From Candidatus Eiseniibacteriota bacterium (lineage in GTDB: Bacteria; Eisenbacteria; RBG-16-71-46; SZUA-252), in NCBI GenBank assembly GCA_031370645.1, contig JANMQV010000043.1, positions 1 through 23,781 on the forward strand: DNA of 23,781 nucleotides. The letters are read 5' to 3'. Made by a program: the position numbers and the translations under genes. Positions within the stretch are counted from its first letter, which is position 1. Every line of letters starts with the position of its first letter. Positions 1 to 8,033 of this stretch are shown one piece after another. The notes below the pieces were generated by a model. It searched no databases and was not told the origin of the DNA. It was given only the letters and a program-made list of their open reading frames with translations.

Positions 1-627
1 CGCGCGGCGAAGCGCGTCCCAGTCCCACGGATCTCGAGCGAGCCGCCGGGCCGCGCCGAGCACGTAGGGGGCGCGAAAGCCGATCCCCAACGCGCGAAGG
101 TCTCGCTCGCGGACGGCGGCGAGTCGCTCCGGCGAAGGAAACGCCCGCCGGTCGCTCCCCGCGATCGGATCGCCCCATCGCTCCGCCATTCCCTCCACGC
201 CTCCGGAGATCTTCCTCACGTTCGATGCAGCCGAACAAATAAACGAGACGAGCGTCTCCCACGGCGCCTGCCGAAGGAGGCGCATGCCGAGGAGCCCCGT
301 GAAGCCGGGGATCGCGCGGAGCCTTGGGGCATGGGCCAGGTGCGACTCCGGGTTTTCGTCGAGTCGGAAGTAGCGGACGATCGCTTCACGTCCGGGGTCG
401 CGCCCAAGGAGCTCCACCTGAAGCTCGCCTTCGCGCGCAAGCGCGCGGACCTCGGCGCCCTCCACGACGCCGCTCCAGGTCTCGGTCGCGTCTTCGGAGG
501 CGGCCCTCCCCGCCGCGGCGTCAACGGCGGTCGTGACCGGGCGCCAGCGAAACGCCTGCCCGCACGAAAGCGTGAGCGGGAGGTCGAGGGGGCCATCCAC
601 GGCGATTGTGTGACGGCTCGGCTTCAT
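1..627 (-). CDS. ogg: 8-oxoguanine DNA glycosylase/AP lyase (OGG1-type, HhH-GPD superfamily), 3' end truncated by window edge
   Basis: Manual translation from ATG at 627: MKPSRHTIAVDGPLDLPLTLSCGQAFRW...GMRLLRQAPWETLVSFICSAASNVRKI...RAFPSPERLAA...LRALGIGFRAPYV. 'TLxCGQxFRW' and 'RLLRQxPWETLVSFICS' are OGG1-type motifs. The frame is open to base 1, so it is missing from the ORF track. Confidence 0.88.
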   Translation of the reverse strand, partial: MKPSRHTIAVDGPLDLPLTLSCGQAFRWRPVTTAVDAAAGRAASEDATETWSGVVEGAEVRALAREGELQVELLGRDPGREAIVRYFRLDENPESHLAHAPRLRAIPGFTGLLGMRLLRQAPWETLVSFICSAASNVRKISGGVEGMAERWGDPIAGSDRRAFPSPERLAAVRERDLRALGIGFRAPYVLGAARRLARDPWDWDALRRA

Positions 628-728
628 CCCACGAGCGTCGCGGCCCCTGCAGGGGCGCGTCAAGCGTTTCGCTCTTGCCTCCGGCGTTGACCCCCTCTTC
701 CGCGGCGTGGGAAACTCGCGGTCAGCCC

Positions 729-1346
729 ATGTCTCATCGTTCGCCTTCATCGTGGTCGCTCTCGCGACGATTCGCCGCCTTCCTGGGGGCCCCGCTCCTG
801 CTTGCCGCCTGCTGGTGCGGTGTGGCGGCGCGCGCCGGCACGCCCTCCGAGGCCGAGCCTGCTGCCGGTCCCGCCACGGGCCGCGCCAGCGTGCAGCTCG
901 TCCGCTTCCTCGACGAGGTCTCGGAAACGGAACGCGCGCGCTTCGGCCCGCTCCACGACATTCGCCTCCGGCTTGAAACGGGCTACGTCGTGCTCGTGCG
1001 GCGCGAGGGCGATTTCGCGGCCATCCTCCCGATCGAAACTCGCGACGGCTCGCCCGACTCGCTCCAATACTTCTGGTACCTCGAACGCGGGCCGCTCCTC
1101 TGGCTCATTCCGCGCGGCCACGACCGCGGTGTCCGGACGGTGGTGGACGGCGGCGACATCCGCTTCGATTCCTTCACGCTCCGCTGGGGCAAAGGGGGAG
1201 AGCGCGGCTGGATCTACTTCCCCGATATTCCAGAGAATCGCGGCGTTCGAGTGTCGGTCATCAGCGGCAACTCAGTCGATCGCGTCGATCCGAGAAGCAC
1301 GCGCTACTGGGTGGAACTCGGCGCCACCGGTGCGGGGGGCTTCTAG
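729..1346 (+). CDS. Hypothetical exported protein or lipoprotein (205 aa)
   Basis: ATG 729 lies within ORF 606..1346, whose longer start would overlap ogg. The N-terminus is basic then hydrophobic, with a lipobox-like LAAC (Cys28) and an AxA site. Codon usage is gene-like. The TAG stop overlaps the next GTG. Confidence 0.65.
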   Translation: MSHRSPSSWSLSRRFAAFLGAPLLLAACWCGVAARAGTPSEAEPAAGPATGRASVQLVRFLDEVSETERARFGPLHDIRLRLETGYVVLVRREGDFAAILPIETRDGSPDSLQYFWYLERGPLLWLIPRGHDRGVRTVVDGGDIRFDSFTLRWGKGGERGWIYFPDIPENRGVRVSVISGNSVDRVDPRSTRYWVELGATGAGGF

Positions 1347-2077
1347 TGGCGGCGTTCCGGATCGGCGCCGTGGGGGAGTGGCTCCGGAGTCTTTTCTTCG
1401 ACAACATCGGGCTCAAGCTGGCGTCGTTTTTCCTCGCGCTCCTTCTCTACGCGCACGTCGTGACGGAGCAGCAGCGCGAATCGACGCTTCAGGTGGCGGT
1501 CGGGCTCACGGGGCTCGCCGACACGCTCGCCATCCGCGGCACGCCTCCCGCGCACGTCGACGTGACGGTGCGGGGTAAATGGAAGGACCTGATCCGCCTC
1601 GGACTCTCGAGCCCGCTCCTCTCGCTCGACCTGGCTGGGATCGGCCCCGGGCCCTACATCGAAGCCATCACGCCCGAAAAAGTGGCCGAACGCGCCTTCC
1701 CGCCCGAACTGGCGAAGCTGGTGGAGGTGACCGCCATCGGAGATCCCGGGGAGGTCGCTTTCGCCATCGAGCCGAAGGCGGAAAAGTGGGTCTTCGTTCG
1801 GCCGCGGCTGGCCGGGGAAGTGGCTCCCGGGTGGCGGTTCGCGGCCGCGCCCGAGGTGTACCCGGAGTCGGTCCTGGTCACGGGACCCCGCTCCGCCGTC
1901 GAGGCGGCGGACACCCTGAATACGCTTCCGGTTGACATCACGGAAGAACGCGAGAAAATTCAACGCGAAGTCTCCGTGGACACCGGGATCGCGCCGTTGA
2001 TTCCCGAACCGCGGCGAATCGTCGTCACGCTCCGCCTCGCGCGCGTCGCATCCGACAGCGTCGCGACGGCTCCCTGA
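1346..2077 (+). CDS. YbbR-like / CdaR family membrane-anchored protein
   Basis: N-terminal '[20 protein letters not shown]' transmembrane anchor typical of YbbR/CdaR. It is followed by YbbR-like repeats ('[10 protein letters not shown]', '[16 protein letters not shown]...TLPVDI'). Confidence 0.78.
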   Translation: MAAFRIGAVGEWLRSLFFDNIGLKLASFFLALLLYAHVVTEQQRESTLQVAVGLTGLADTLAIRGTPPAHVDVTVRGKWKDLIRLGLSSPLLSLDLAGIGPGPYIEAITPEKVAERAFPPELAKLVEVTAIGDPGEVAFAIEPKAEKWVFVRPRLAGEVAPGWRFAAAPEVYPESVLVTGPRSAVEAADTLNTLPVDITEEREKIQREVSVDTGIAPLIPEPRRIVVTLRLARVASDSVATAP

Positions 2078-2118
2078 GCGCGGCGCCTCGAACAGCGATT
2101 GGAGGAGACCGAAACGAA

Positions 2119-2754
2119 ATGAAGCGAACGACCGATGCCACATCCGCCGGCGCCGTTGCCGAGGCCCCCGGGGCGTCCAGCGAAGGGCTGGCCCGCCCGT
2201 TCCACGGCCTTTCCGCCGTCCCGACGAAGATCTTCTTCACCAAGGGTGTGGGAACGCACCGCGATCAACTCCGGTCGTTCGAGCTGGCGCTCCGCGACGC
2301 GGGAATCGAGCGCCTGAACCTCGTCCATGTGTCGAGCATCTTTCCGCCGCACTGCAAGATCATCGGGAAAGACGAGGGCGTGAAATTGATCGCCCCCGGC
2401 AGCATCGCCTTCTGCGTCATGGCTCGGCAGGCGTCGAACGAACGCGCGCGTCTCATCGCCGCCTCGATCGGCTGCGCCATTCCGGCCGACAAGAGCCAGT
2501 ACGGCTATCTGAGCGAGCACCACGCCTACGGGGAGACCGACGAATTCGCCGGCGACTTCGCCGAGGACATGGCGGCTTCGATGCTCGCGACGACGCTGGG
2601 TCTCGAATTCGACGAAAACGCGGCATGGGACGAGAAGGAACAGGTCTTCAAGATGGCGAGCGAGATCGTTCGCACGTTCAATGTCACGCAGTCCGCGGTC
2701 TGCTCCGGCAAGGGTTGGACGACGGTCGTCGCCAGCGGCGTGCTCATCTTCTAG
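2119..2754 (+). CDS. pdaD: Pyruvoyl-dependent arginine decarboxylase
   Basis: '[12 protein letters not shown]...[25 protein letters not shown]' contains the Ser-Ser autocleavage site. 'YGYLSEHH' is also present. GGAGGAG RBS at 2101-2107. Confidence 0.92.
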   Translation: MKRTTDATSAGAVAEAPGASSEGLARPFHGLSAVPTKIFFTKGVGTHRDQLRSFELALRDAGIERLNLVHVSSIFPPHCKIIGKDEGVKLIAPGSIAFCVMARQASNERARLIAASIGCAIPADKSQYGYLSEHHAYGETDEFAGDFAEDMAASMLATTLGLEFDENAAWDEKEQVFKMASEIVRTFNVTQSAVCSGKGWTTVVASGVLIF

Positions 2755-2782
2755 CGGCCCGGTTCAACATCAAGGAGAATCC

Positions 2783-3475
2783 ATGATGCGACGCAGCACG
2801 CGCCGCGCGGGGAATCGCGTGGCATCGACCCTACTTGTGTTCGGCGTGGCTTTCGGGCTCGCCCTTGGCGCCGTCCGCGCTTTCGCGGACGAAACACCGG
2901 CCGATTCGGCCAAGGCAGCCGCCGAAATGAAGGCGGATGAAGCGAAGGCACACGCCAAGGAAGCGAAGGAGGCGGGAGAGGCCAAGGCCGCCGAAGCGAG
3001 GTCGAAAGCGAAGCAGGCCAAGCATGCGGCCAAGACGGCGAAGAACGCCAAGGGAGGATCCGTGTCCGAGGGGACGAAGGCGGCGCCGGGCACCATGCCG
3101 GTGAAGCCCAACGTGGAGCCGCAGCACGTGCAGGTGCAACACATCCTCATCGGATTCGCGGGTTCGATTCCGGGGAAGGGAATCACGCGGACGAAGGAAG
3201 AGGCGAAGAAGCTCGCGTACGAAGTGCTTGAGAAGGCGCGGAAGGGCGAGGACTACGACGCGCTCGTGAAGCAATACACCGAAGATTCCCCTCCGGGAAT
3301 CTACGAGATGTCGGGGCTCGGCGTCCCGGCGGGACCGGGCGAATATCCGCGCGACAAGATGGTTCCCGCGTTCGGGAACGTCGGCTTCGCGATCAGCCCC
3401 GGGAACATCGGCATTGCCGACTACGATCCGCAGACGAGCCCCTACGGCTGGCATATCATCAAGCGATTGAAGTAA
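2783..3475 (+). CDS. Exported parvulin (PpiC-type) peptidyl-prolyl isomerase with Ala/Lys-rich linker
   Basis: AAGGAG RBS at 2772-2777 and a signal peptide ending AFA. C-terminal rotamase motifs 'VQHILIGF', 'MVPAF', 'YGWHIIK'. Confidence 0.88.
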   Translation: MMRRSTRRAGNRVASTLLVFGVAFGLALGAVRAFADETPADSAKAAAEMKADEAKAHAKEAKEAGEAKAAEARSKAKQAKHAAKTAKNAKGGSVSEGTKAAPGTMPVKPNVEPQHVQVQHILIGFAGSIPGKGITRTKEEAKKLAYEVLEKARKGEDYDALVKQYTEDSPPGIYEMSGLGVPAGPGEYPRDKMVPAFGNVGFAISPGNIGIADYDPQTSPYGWHIIKRLK

Positions 3476-3504
3476 CGGGACACGGCGCGAACGCCGCCGT
3501 CCCG
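3476..3504. terminator. GC-rich hairpin between convergent genes (possible terminator)
   Basis: CGGGAC-A-CGGCG-cgaa-CGCCG-CC-GTCCCG immediately after the PPIase stop. No clear U-tract. Confidence 0.35.
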
Positions 3505-3527
3505 AAAGTGCGCTCGGGCGCTTCCGA

Positions 3528-4490
3528 CTACGAGTCGGGGGCGCCCGCTCCGTTTTCGGCGGGTGTTGCCGTTCCGGGATCGGCGAGGTCTAGCGACCGG
3601 AACACGAACGCCGTGATGTCGAGCAGGCTTTCAAGTGGCGGTCCGTGAGCGCCGGCACCCCAAGCGGCGAAAAAGGCGGGGTTCATCGTGTGGGTCGCGA
3701 CCCGCTCATCCTCCAGATTCCCGTGATCGCTCACGACCGCGACGGTTGTCGTCCTGAGATCGACCGCGGAGAGCACCGTTTGAAGCGCGCGATCGACGTC
3801 GGTGAGGCAGCGAAGCGCCCGCTCCCGGTCTTGCGCATGTCCGGCTCGGTCGGTCTCGAAATACTCGAAGAGCGTGAAGCTTGGCGCCGCGCCCACGGGC
3901 TCGCTCTGCCGCGCGAGGATCGCGCCCGCTTCTTCCGGGGTGCGAAGCGGGAGGTCGTAGCCCCACTCGCGCATCCGCCAGTGCGTGAGGTCGTGCACCA
4001 CCGCTCGTCCCTCCACCAGATCCTCCCACGTGTGAAACGGCCGCCCCGAAGCGAGCGTTGCGATGGTCGTGGCCGACATTCTTTGCTCCGCCATGGGGCG
4101 CTCGAAGAAGCGCGGCCCGAACGCATTGGCGAAGTCGGCCGAGGCTCCGGCAGCGAGGAGGCGCTTCAAGATGGAGTGCTCGAGGAGAATCTTTCGAAGC
4201 GTCGGCCCGGGGAAGCCCGACATGTGGTGCCCCAACGCCGCGGAGGCGTTCACGCCGGTCAGGATGGCCGTCTGACCGGTGGCGCTCTGCGGGAGCCCCT
4301 TGACGCCCATGGAGGCGTCCAGGCCTCCCACGAGCCCTGGAGGGCCGATGGAGGCTTCCGGTACGAGTGTTTCGGTCAGGGCGAGCGAAGGGAAAAGTCC
4401 GGTGGCGAGGGGGTTGAATTCAGGGGCGTCGGCGCCGACGCCGATTCCGTCGATGAAGAAGAGGAGAAAGTGCTTCGGAGAGGCGGTCAT
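3528..4490 (-). CDS. Alkaline phosphatase superfamily metalloenzyme (iPGM/phosphopentomutase-like)
   Basis: Metal and catalytic motifs 'FIDGIG', 'GLPQSATGQT' (Ser nucleophile), 'DRAGH', 'SDHGN', 'HTMNP'. ATG 4490 is preferred over the TTG at 4517. Confidence 0.82.
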   Translation of the reverse strand: MTASPKHFLLFFIDGIGVGADAPEFNPLATGLFPSLALTETLVPEASIGPPGLVGGLDASMGVKGLPQSATGQTAILTGVNASAALGHHMSGFPGPTLRKILLEHSILKRLLAAGASADFANAFGPRFFERPMAEQRMSATTIATLASGRPFHTWEDLVEGRAVVHDLTHWRMREWGYDLPLRTPEEAGAILARQSEPVGAAPSFTLFEYFETDRAGHAQDRERALRCLTDVDRALQTVLSAVDLRTTTVAVVSDHGNLEDERVATHTMNPAFFAAWGAGAHGPPLESLLDITAFVFRSLDLADPGTATPAENGAGAPDS

Positions 4491-4494
4491 CGAT

Positions 4495-4593
4495 GGAACG
4501 AAGGGGGAGCCATACAACTAGCGTGCGATCGATGCAGGGCCGGCGATGCGGGGTCAGGACCGCGGCTAAGTGGCTCCCCGTACTTCGTTCCGT
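4495..4593 (-). ncRNA. Candidate structured RNA (sRNA or 5' leader) downstream of a sigma-54 promoter
   Basis: 18-bp inverted repeat: 4495-4512 GGAACGAAGGGGGAGCCA pairs with 4571-4591 TGGCTCCCC-gta-CTTCGTTCC. Inside are a TAGC/GCTA helix and two small hairpins. The stem starts 2 nt from the predicted sigma-54 +1. Confidence 0.45.
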
Positions 4594-4603
4594 TCGGGAG
4601 TAG

Positions 4604-4619
4604 GGCAACCACCGTGCCA
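4604..4619 (-). promoter_or_regulatory. Sigma-54 (RpoN) -24/-12 promoter
   Basis: Minus strand reads TGGCACG-GTGG-TTGC-C versus the consensus TGGCACG-N4-TTGCW, with exact GG-N10-GC spacing. It is intergenic and points toward the metalloenzyme gene. Confidence 0.7.
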
Positions 4620-4637
4620 CGGAGCGCTTCCTGTCGG

Positions 4638-4680
4638 ATCAATTAAATCCCCCTAAACTGTTGAACAACATTGTATTATG
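4638..4680. promoter_or_regulatory. AT-rich tract with IHF-like site(s)
   Basis: The most conspicuous AT-rich patch in the window. TAAACTGTTGAAC (4654-4666) resembles YAANNNNTTGATW. It lies about 45-87 nt upstream of the predicted sigma-54 +1. Confidence 0.4.
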
Positions 4681-4795
4681 TCTGTGTCGCATCGAGCCAT
4701 GGCGCCCCCAGTCGGGAACCGCTCCGGCGAGCCGCTCCTTGCACGGCCAACCGTTGCAATCGCCTGGTAGAGCGAAACCTAACGCAGGAAAAGTA

Positions 4796-4823
4796 TTGAC
4801 ACCATCTTCTGTGGGTCTACAGT
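4796..4823 (+). promoter_or_regulatory. Sigma-70-type promoter for the HU/IHF gene
   Basis: TTGACA (4796-4801), 16 nt, TACAGT (4818-4823), with A-rich sequence upstream. Confidence 0.55.
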
Positions 4824-4906
4824 AGCGCCGCGCGCCTGAGTTGGGCTATGTTATCTCCCGACTCCATGTTAGAGCACCGCGCACCCCGATTCGCCAGGAG
4901 GAGCGG

Positions 4907-5185
4907 ATGACCAAGGCAGATCTCGTAGATGAAATCGCCGAGCGCACCGGCCTCACGAAGAAGGACGTCGCCGATACCGTCGACGAGTTTCTTCAGGCTG
5001 TGTCCCGCGCGCTAGCCACCGGCAAGCATATCGAGATCCGGGGCTTCGGCACGTTCAAGGTGAAGGACCGGAAGTCCCGCCTCGCGCGGAATCCGCGTAC
5101 GGGCGAGTCGGTCCCTGTGCCGCCGCGCCGCGTGCCGGTCTTCAAGGTCTCGAAGGAATTGAAGGACATCGTCGCCCAGATCTGA
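4907..5185 (+). CDS. HU/IHF family DNA-binding protein (IHF-beta-like 'EIRGFG' motif)
   Basis: MTKADLVDEIAERTGLTKKD...HIEIRGFGTFKVKDRKSRLARNPRTGESVPVPPRRVPVFK, preceded by an AGGAGGAG RBS. Confidence 0.95.
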   Translation: MTKADLVDEIAERTGLTKKDVADTVDEFLQAVSRALATGKHIEIRGFGTFKVKDRKSRLARNPRTGESVPVPPRRVPVFKVSKELKDIVAQI

Positions 5186-5208
5186 AGACTCGCCGTACGG
5201 GGGATAGC

Positions 5209-5240
5209 GAAACGGGACGCCACGTGGCGCCCCGTTTCTC
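5209..5240. terminator. Probable bidirectional intrinsic terminator
   Basis: GAAACGGG-A-CGCCA-cg-TGGCG-C-CCCGTTTC hairpin between the convergent HU/IHF and peptidase genes. Confidence 0.65.
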
Positions 5241-5278
5241 GTTATAGCCCGTCTCTCGTTCTACGGGGTGCGTCTCGG

Positions 5279-5980
5279 TCAGTTGCGTCGATTGCGGAGG
5301 ATGAGGAGTCGCAGAAGCGAGAGTATCGCCGCGGTCGCGGCCGCCACGTACGTTAGCGCCGCCGCATCGAGCACTTTCTTCGCCCCCACCTGCTCCTGTG
5401 GCGCCACGAGCCCCAACTGGTTCAACTGGACGAGGGCTCGTTTGCTCGCGTCGAATTCCACCGGCAACGTCACCAACTGGAAGAGAACGCCGAACGAGAA
5501 GAGAACGATCCCCACATCGAGAAGGCTCACGCCCGCAAGCCGAAGGCCGGGCACGAAGAAGAGCCCCGCCATGATGAAGATCCAGGAGAGGTTCGTGCCG
5601 ATGTTCGCGAGCGGAAAAATCGTCGTCCGAAACTGGAGCGGCGCGTATCCCAGGTGGTGCTGGATCGCATGTCCCACTTCGTGCGCCGCCACCGCGACGC
5701 CGGCAACCGAGGGCTGCTCGAAGTTGTCCGGCGAAAGCCGGATCCGCTTGTGGATCGGATCGTAGTGGTCGGAGAGGAAGCCTTCGCCCCGCTCCACCGT
5801 GACGTCGGTGATGCCGTTTCGCTGAAGGATCGTCTCGGCGATTTCCTTCCCCGTGCGGCCGTTCACGGCCGCGATCTCGCTGTATTTTTGATACGTCGAT
5901 TTGACCTTCATCTGGGCGTAGAACGCCAAAATCATGCCCGGGATCAGAAGCAACATCGTCGGATCCCAAAAGCCGAACAT
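5279..5980 (-). CDS. YugP-like putative neutral zinc metallopeptidase (membrane)
   Basis: 'LSDHYDP', 'VAAHEVGHAIQH' (HExxH), 'VTLPVEFDASKRA', 'VLDAAALTYVAA'. AAGGAGG RBS upstream. Confidence 0.93.
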   Translation of the reverse strand: MFGFWDPTMLLLIPGMILAFYAQMKVKSTYQKYSEIAAVNGRTGKEIAETILQRNGITDVTVERGEGFLSDHYDPIHKRIRLSPDNFEQPSVAGVAVAAHEVGHAIQHHLGYAPLQFRTTIFPLANIGTNLSWIFIMAGLFFVPGLRLAGVSLLDVGIVLFSFGVLFQLVTLPVEFDASKRALVQLNQLGLVAPQEQVGAKKVLDAAALTYVAAATAAILSLLRLLILRNRRN

Positions 5981-6123
5981 TTTTTCGAGACCTCCTTGGT
6001 GGTTCCGTGGATCGGTTCCGATGGCCGCACCCCTTATACTCCGCGAGCGGGCCGAACGTTCCCGTACCGATTGCCATTGAGACTATCATTCGCTCCCCGG
6101 CGATTCAATGGAAGGGAGATTGC

Positions 6124-7209
6124 CTGACAACGACTTACGTCGATTTGCGAAGCGACACCGTCACGAAGCCGACCGCCGCGATGCGCCGCGAAATCGCGGA
6201 GGCCGAAGTCGGCGACGACGTCTTCTCCGGAGATCCGACCGTGCGGCGCCTGGAAGAGGAGACGGCGGCGCTGCTTGGCAAGGAAGCCGCGCTCTTTGTT
6301 CCGAGCGGCTGCATGGGGAACGAGATCTCGGTGGCCGTGCAAACGAAGCGCGGCGATCGGATCGCGCTCGATCGGAATTCCCACTTCGTCTATGTCGAAT
6401 CGCGCGCGCTGACGGAGATGCTCGGCCGGAGTTTTCATTTTCTTGAAGGGAGCGACCGAGGGCGGCTCGATCCTGAGGCGGTACGCGCGCTGGGGGGCGA
6501 TGCGGCGGGTGGAACCGGAGGCGGGAGTGAGGGGCGGGTCGCGCTGGTGGAAGTCGAGAATACGGTGAACTGGCAAAACGGAGCTGTCTATCCACTATCG
6601 CGTCTCGAAGCGATCCGAGCGGCCGCCTCCGCGCAGGGGCTTCCGATTCACCTCGACGGCGCGCGTCTTTGGAACGCGAGTGCGGCTTCGGGTGTTCCGC
6701 TTGCCACCTACGCGGCCTGCGCCGATTCGGTGATGGTTTGCTATTCCAAGGGTCTCGGCGCGCCGATCGGTTCGGCGCTGGCGGGAAGTACCGCGTTCAT
6801 CGCCGAGGCGCGCGCGGCGCGAAAGATGTTCGGCGGCGCCTTGCGCCAGGTCGGAATCCTGGCGGCGGGCGCGCTCCATGCGCTTCATCACCATCGCGAG
6901 CGGCTGCCCGAGGATCACGTCCGCGCGCGGAGGCTCGCGGAGGTGGTGGCGGAAATCGCTTCCTTCACGATCGATCCCCGCCAAGTCGAGACGAACATCG
7001 TCATCGCGGTGGCCAAGCGGGAACCCGAGAGGCTCGGCGCGTTCGTGGAGGCGGTGAAGCGGCGAGGCGTGCTCGTGACCGCGTTCGGCGGTCCCGGCGC
7101 GTTTCGCGCCATCACGCACCTCGACGTGGATGACGCGGGGATCGACCGCGCGATCGCGGCGATTCGCGAGGCGGCCGAGGAAACTTGGGCGGGGGGGCGG
7201 GCGGCGTGA
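6124..7209 (+). CDS. ltaE: Low-specificity L-threonine aldolase (PLP-dependent); start uncertain, probably CTG 6124
   Basis: 'VDLRSDTVTKPT', 'GDDV..DPTV', 'FVPSGCMGN', 'HLDGARLWNA', 'CYSKGLGAPIGS' (PLP Lys), 'GGALRQVG'. Confidence 0.9.
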   Translation: MTTTYVDLRSDTVTKPTAAMRREIAEAEVGDDVFSGDPTVRRLEEETAALLGKEAALFVPSGCMGNEISVAVQTKRGDRIALDRNSHFVYVESRALTEMLGRSFHFLEGSDRGRLDPEAVRALGGDAAGGTGGGSEGRVALVEVENTVNWQNGAVYPLSRLEAIRAAASAQGLPIHLDGARLWNASAASGVPLATYAACADSVMVCYSKGLGAPIGSALAGSTAFIAEARAARKMFGGALRQVGILAAGALHALHHHRERLPEDHVRARRLAEVVAEIASFTIDPRQVETNIVIAVAKREPERLGAFVEAVKRRGVLVTAFGGPGAFRAITHLDVDDAGIDRAIAAIREAAEETWAGGRAA

Positions 7210-8033
7210 GCGACGCGGCGGAGCGCGCGGTCCTGGCGGGGACGCTCTATCTCGTGGCGACGCCGATCGGAAATCTCGACGACTTCTCCCCGAGAGGGCA
7301 GAGCGTGCTCCGCGACGTCGACCTGATCGCGGCGGAAGACACGCGCCACACGGGACAGCTCCTCACTCGCTTCGGCATCTCCCGGCCGCTCGTCTCCTAC
7401 CACGATCACAACAAGGATCGCCGCACGCCGGAGCTGATCGATCGGCTTCGCGCGGGTGAAGCGGTGGCGATCGTCTCCGACGCCGGTTCGCCCGGCATTT
7501 CCGATCCCGCCTTCACGCTCGTCCGCGCCGCGGTCGAGGCGGGGCTCCTGATCGTGCCGGTCCCAGGCCCCTCCAGCGCGCTCTGCGCGCTCGAGGTGTC
7601 GGGGCTTCCGACCGACCGGTTCGCGTTCGAGGGGTTCCTTCCGCGGAAGTCGGGGAGGAAGCGGACGCGCATCGAGGAGTTGCGCGGCGACCCCCGGACC
7701 CTCATCTTCTTCGAATCGCCGCATCGAGTCCGCGCGACGCTTGCCGATCTCCTCGCGGGAATGGGCGACCGGCCGGCCTCGGTGTCGCGCGAACTGACGA
7801 AGAAGTTCGAGGAGACGGCGCGCGGGCCGCTTTCGGCGCTCGTTGCCTGGGCGGAGAAACGGACGCCGCGCGGCGAGTTCGTCATCGTCGTCGGCGGCTC
7901 CCCGAAGACGAAGCGCGGCAAGTACGACGACGACGCGGACGGACTTGACGCCGAGACCGAAAGCGAAAGCGACTCCGAAGACGACCCGGATCCCGATCGA
8001 GACTCGCCCGACTCCAGGGAGGATGACGCGTGA
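7206..8033 (+). CDS. rsmI: 16S rRNA (cytidine-1402-2'-O)-methyltransferase
   Basis: 'LYLVATPIGNLDD', 'AAEDTRHT', 'VSDAGSPGISDPA', 'FEGFLP', 'FESPHR', 'RELTKKFEE'. GTGA overlap with ltaE. Confidence 0.96.
   Translation: MSDAAERAVLAGTLYLVATPIGNLDDFSPRGQSVLRDVDLIAAEDTRHTGQLLTRFGISRPLVSYHDHNKDRRTPELIDRLRAGEAVAIVSDAGSPGISDPAFTLVRAAVEAGLLIVPVPGPSSALCALEVSGLPTDRFAFEGFLPRKSGRKRTRIEELRGDPRTLIFFESPHRVRATLADLLAGMGDRPASVSRELTKKFEETARGPLSALVAWAEKRTPRGEFVIVVGGSPKTKRGKYDDDADGLDAETESESDSEDDPDPDRDSPDSREDDA

Noticed and set aside
216-690. Track ORFs 216..596, 324..536 and 331..690
   Set aside because: Shadow frames of the ogg gene (1..627, -).
3161-3175. GGTTCGATTCC resembling a tRNA T-arm
   Set aside because: It lies in frame inside the parvulin domain (GSIP), with no cloverleaf around it.
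4495-4625. Intergenic hairpin read as SRP RNA (GTCAGGACC) or 6S RNA (GGGAGCC...GGGCAACCACC)
   Set aside because: It lacks the GNRA loop plus GGAAGCAGC needed for SRP domain IV. A 6S-length RNA would have to extend into the metalloenzyme coding region, and GGGGAGCCA already pairs perfectly with 4571-4579.
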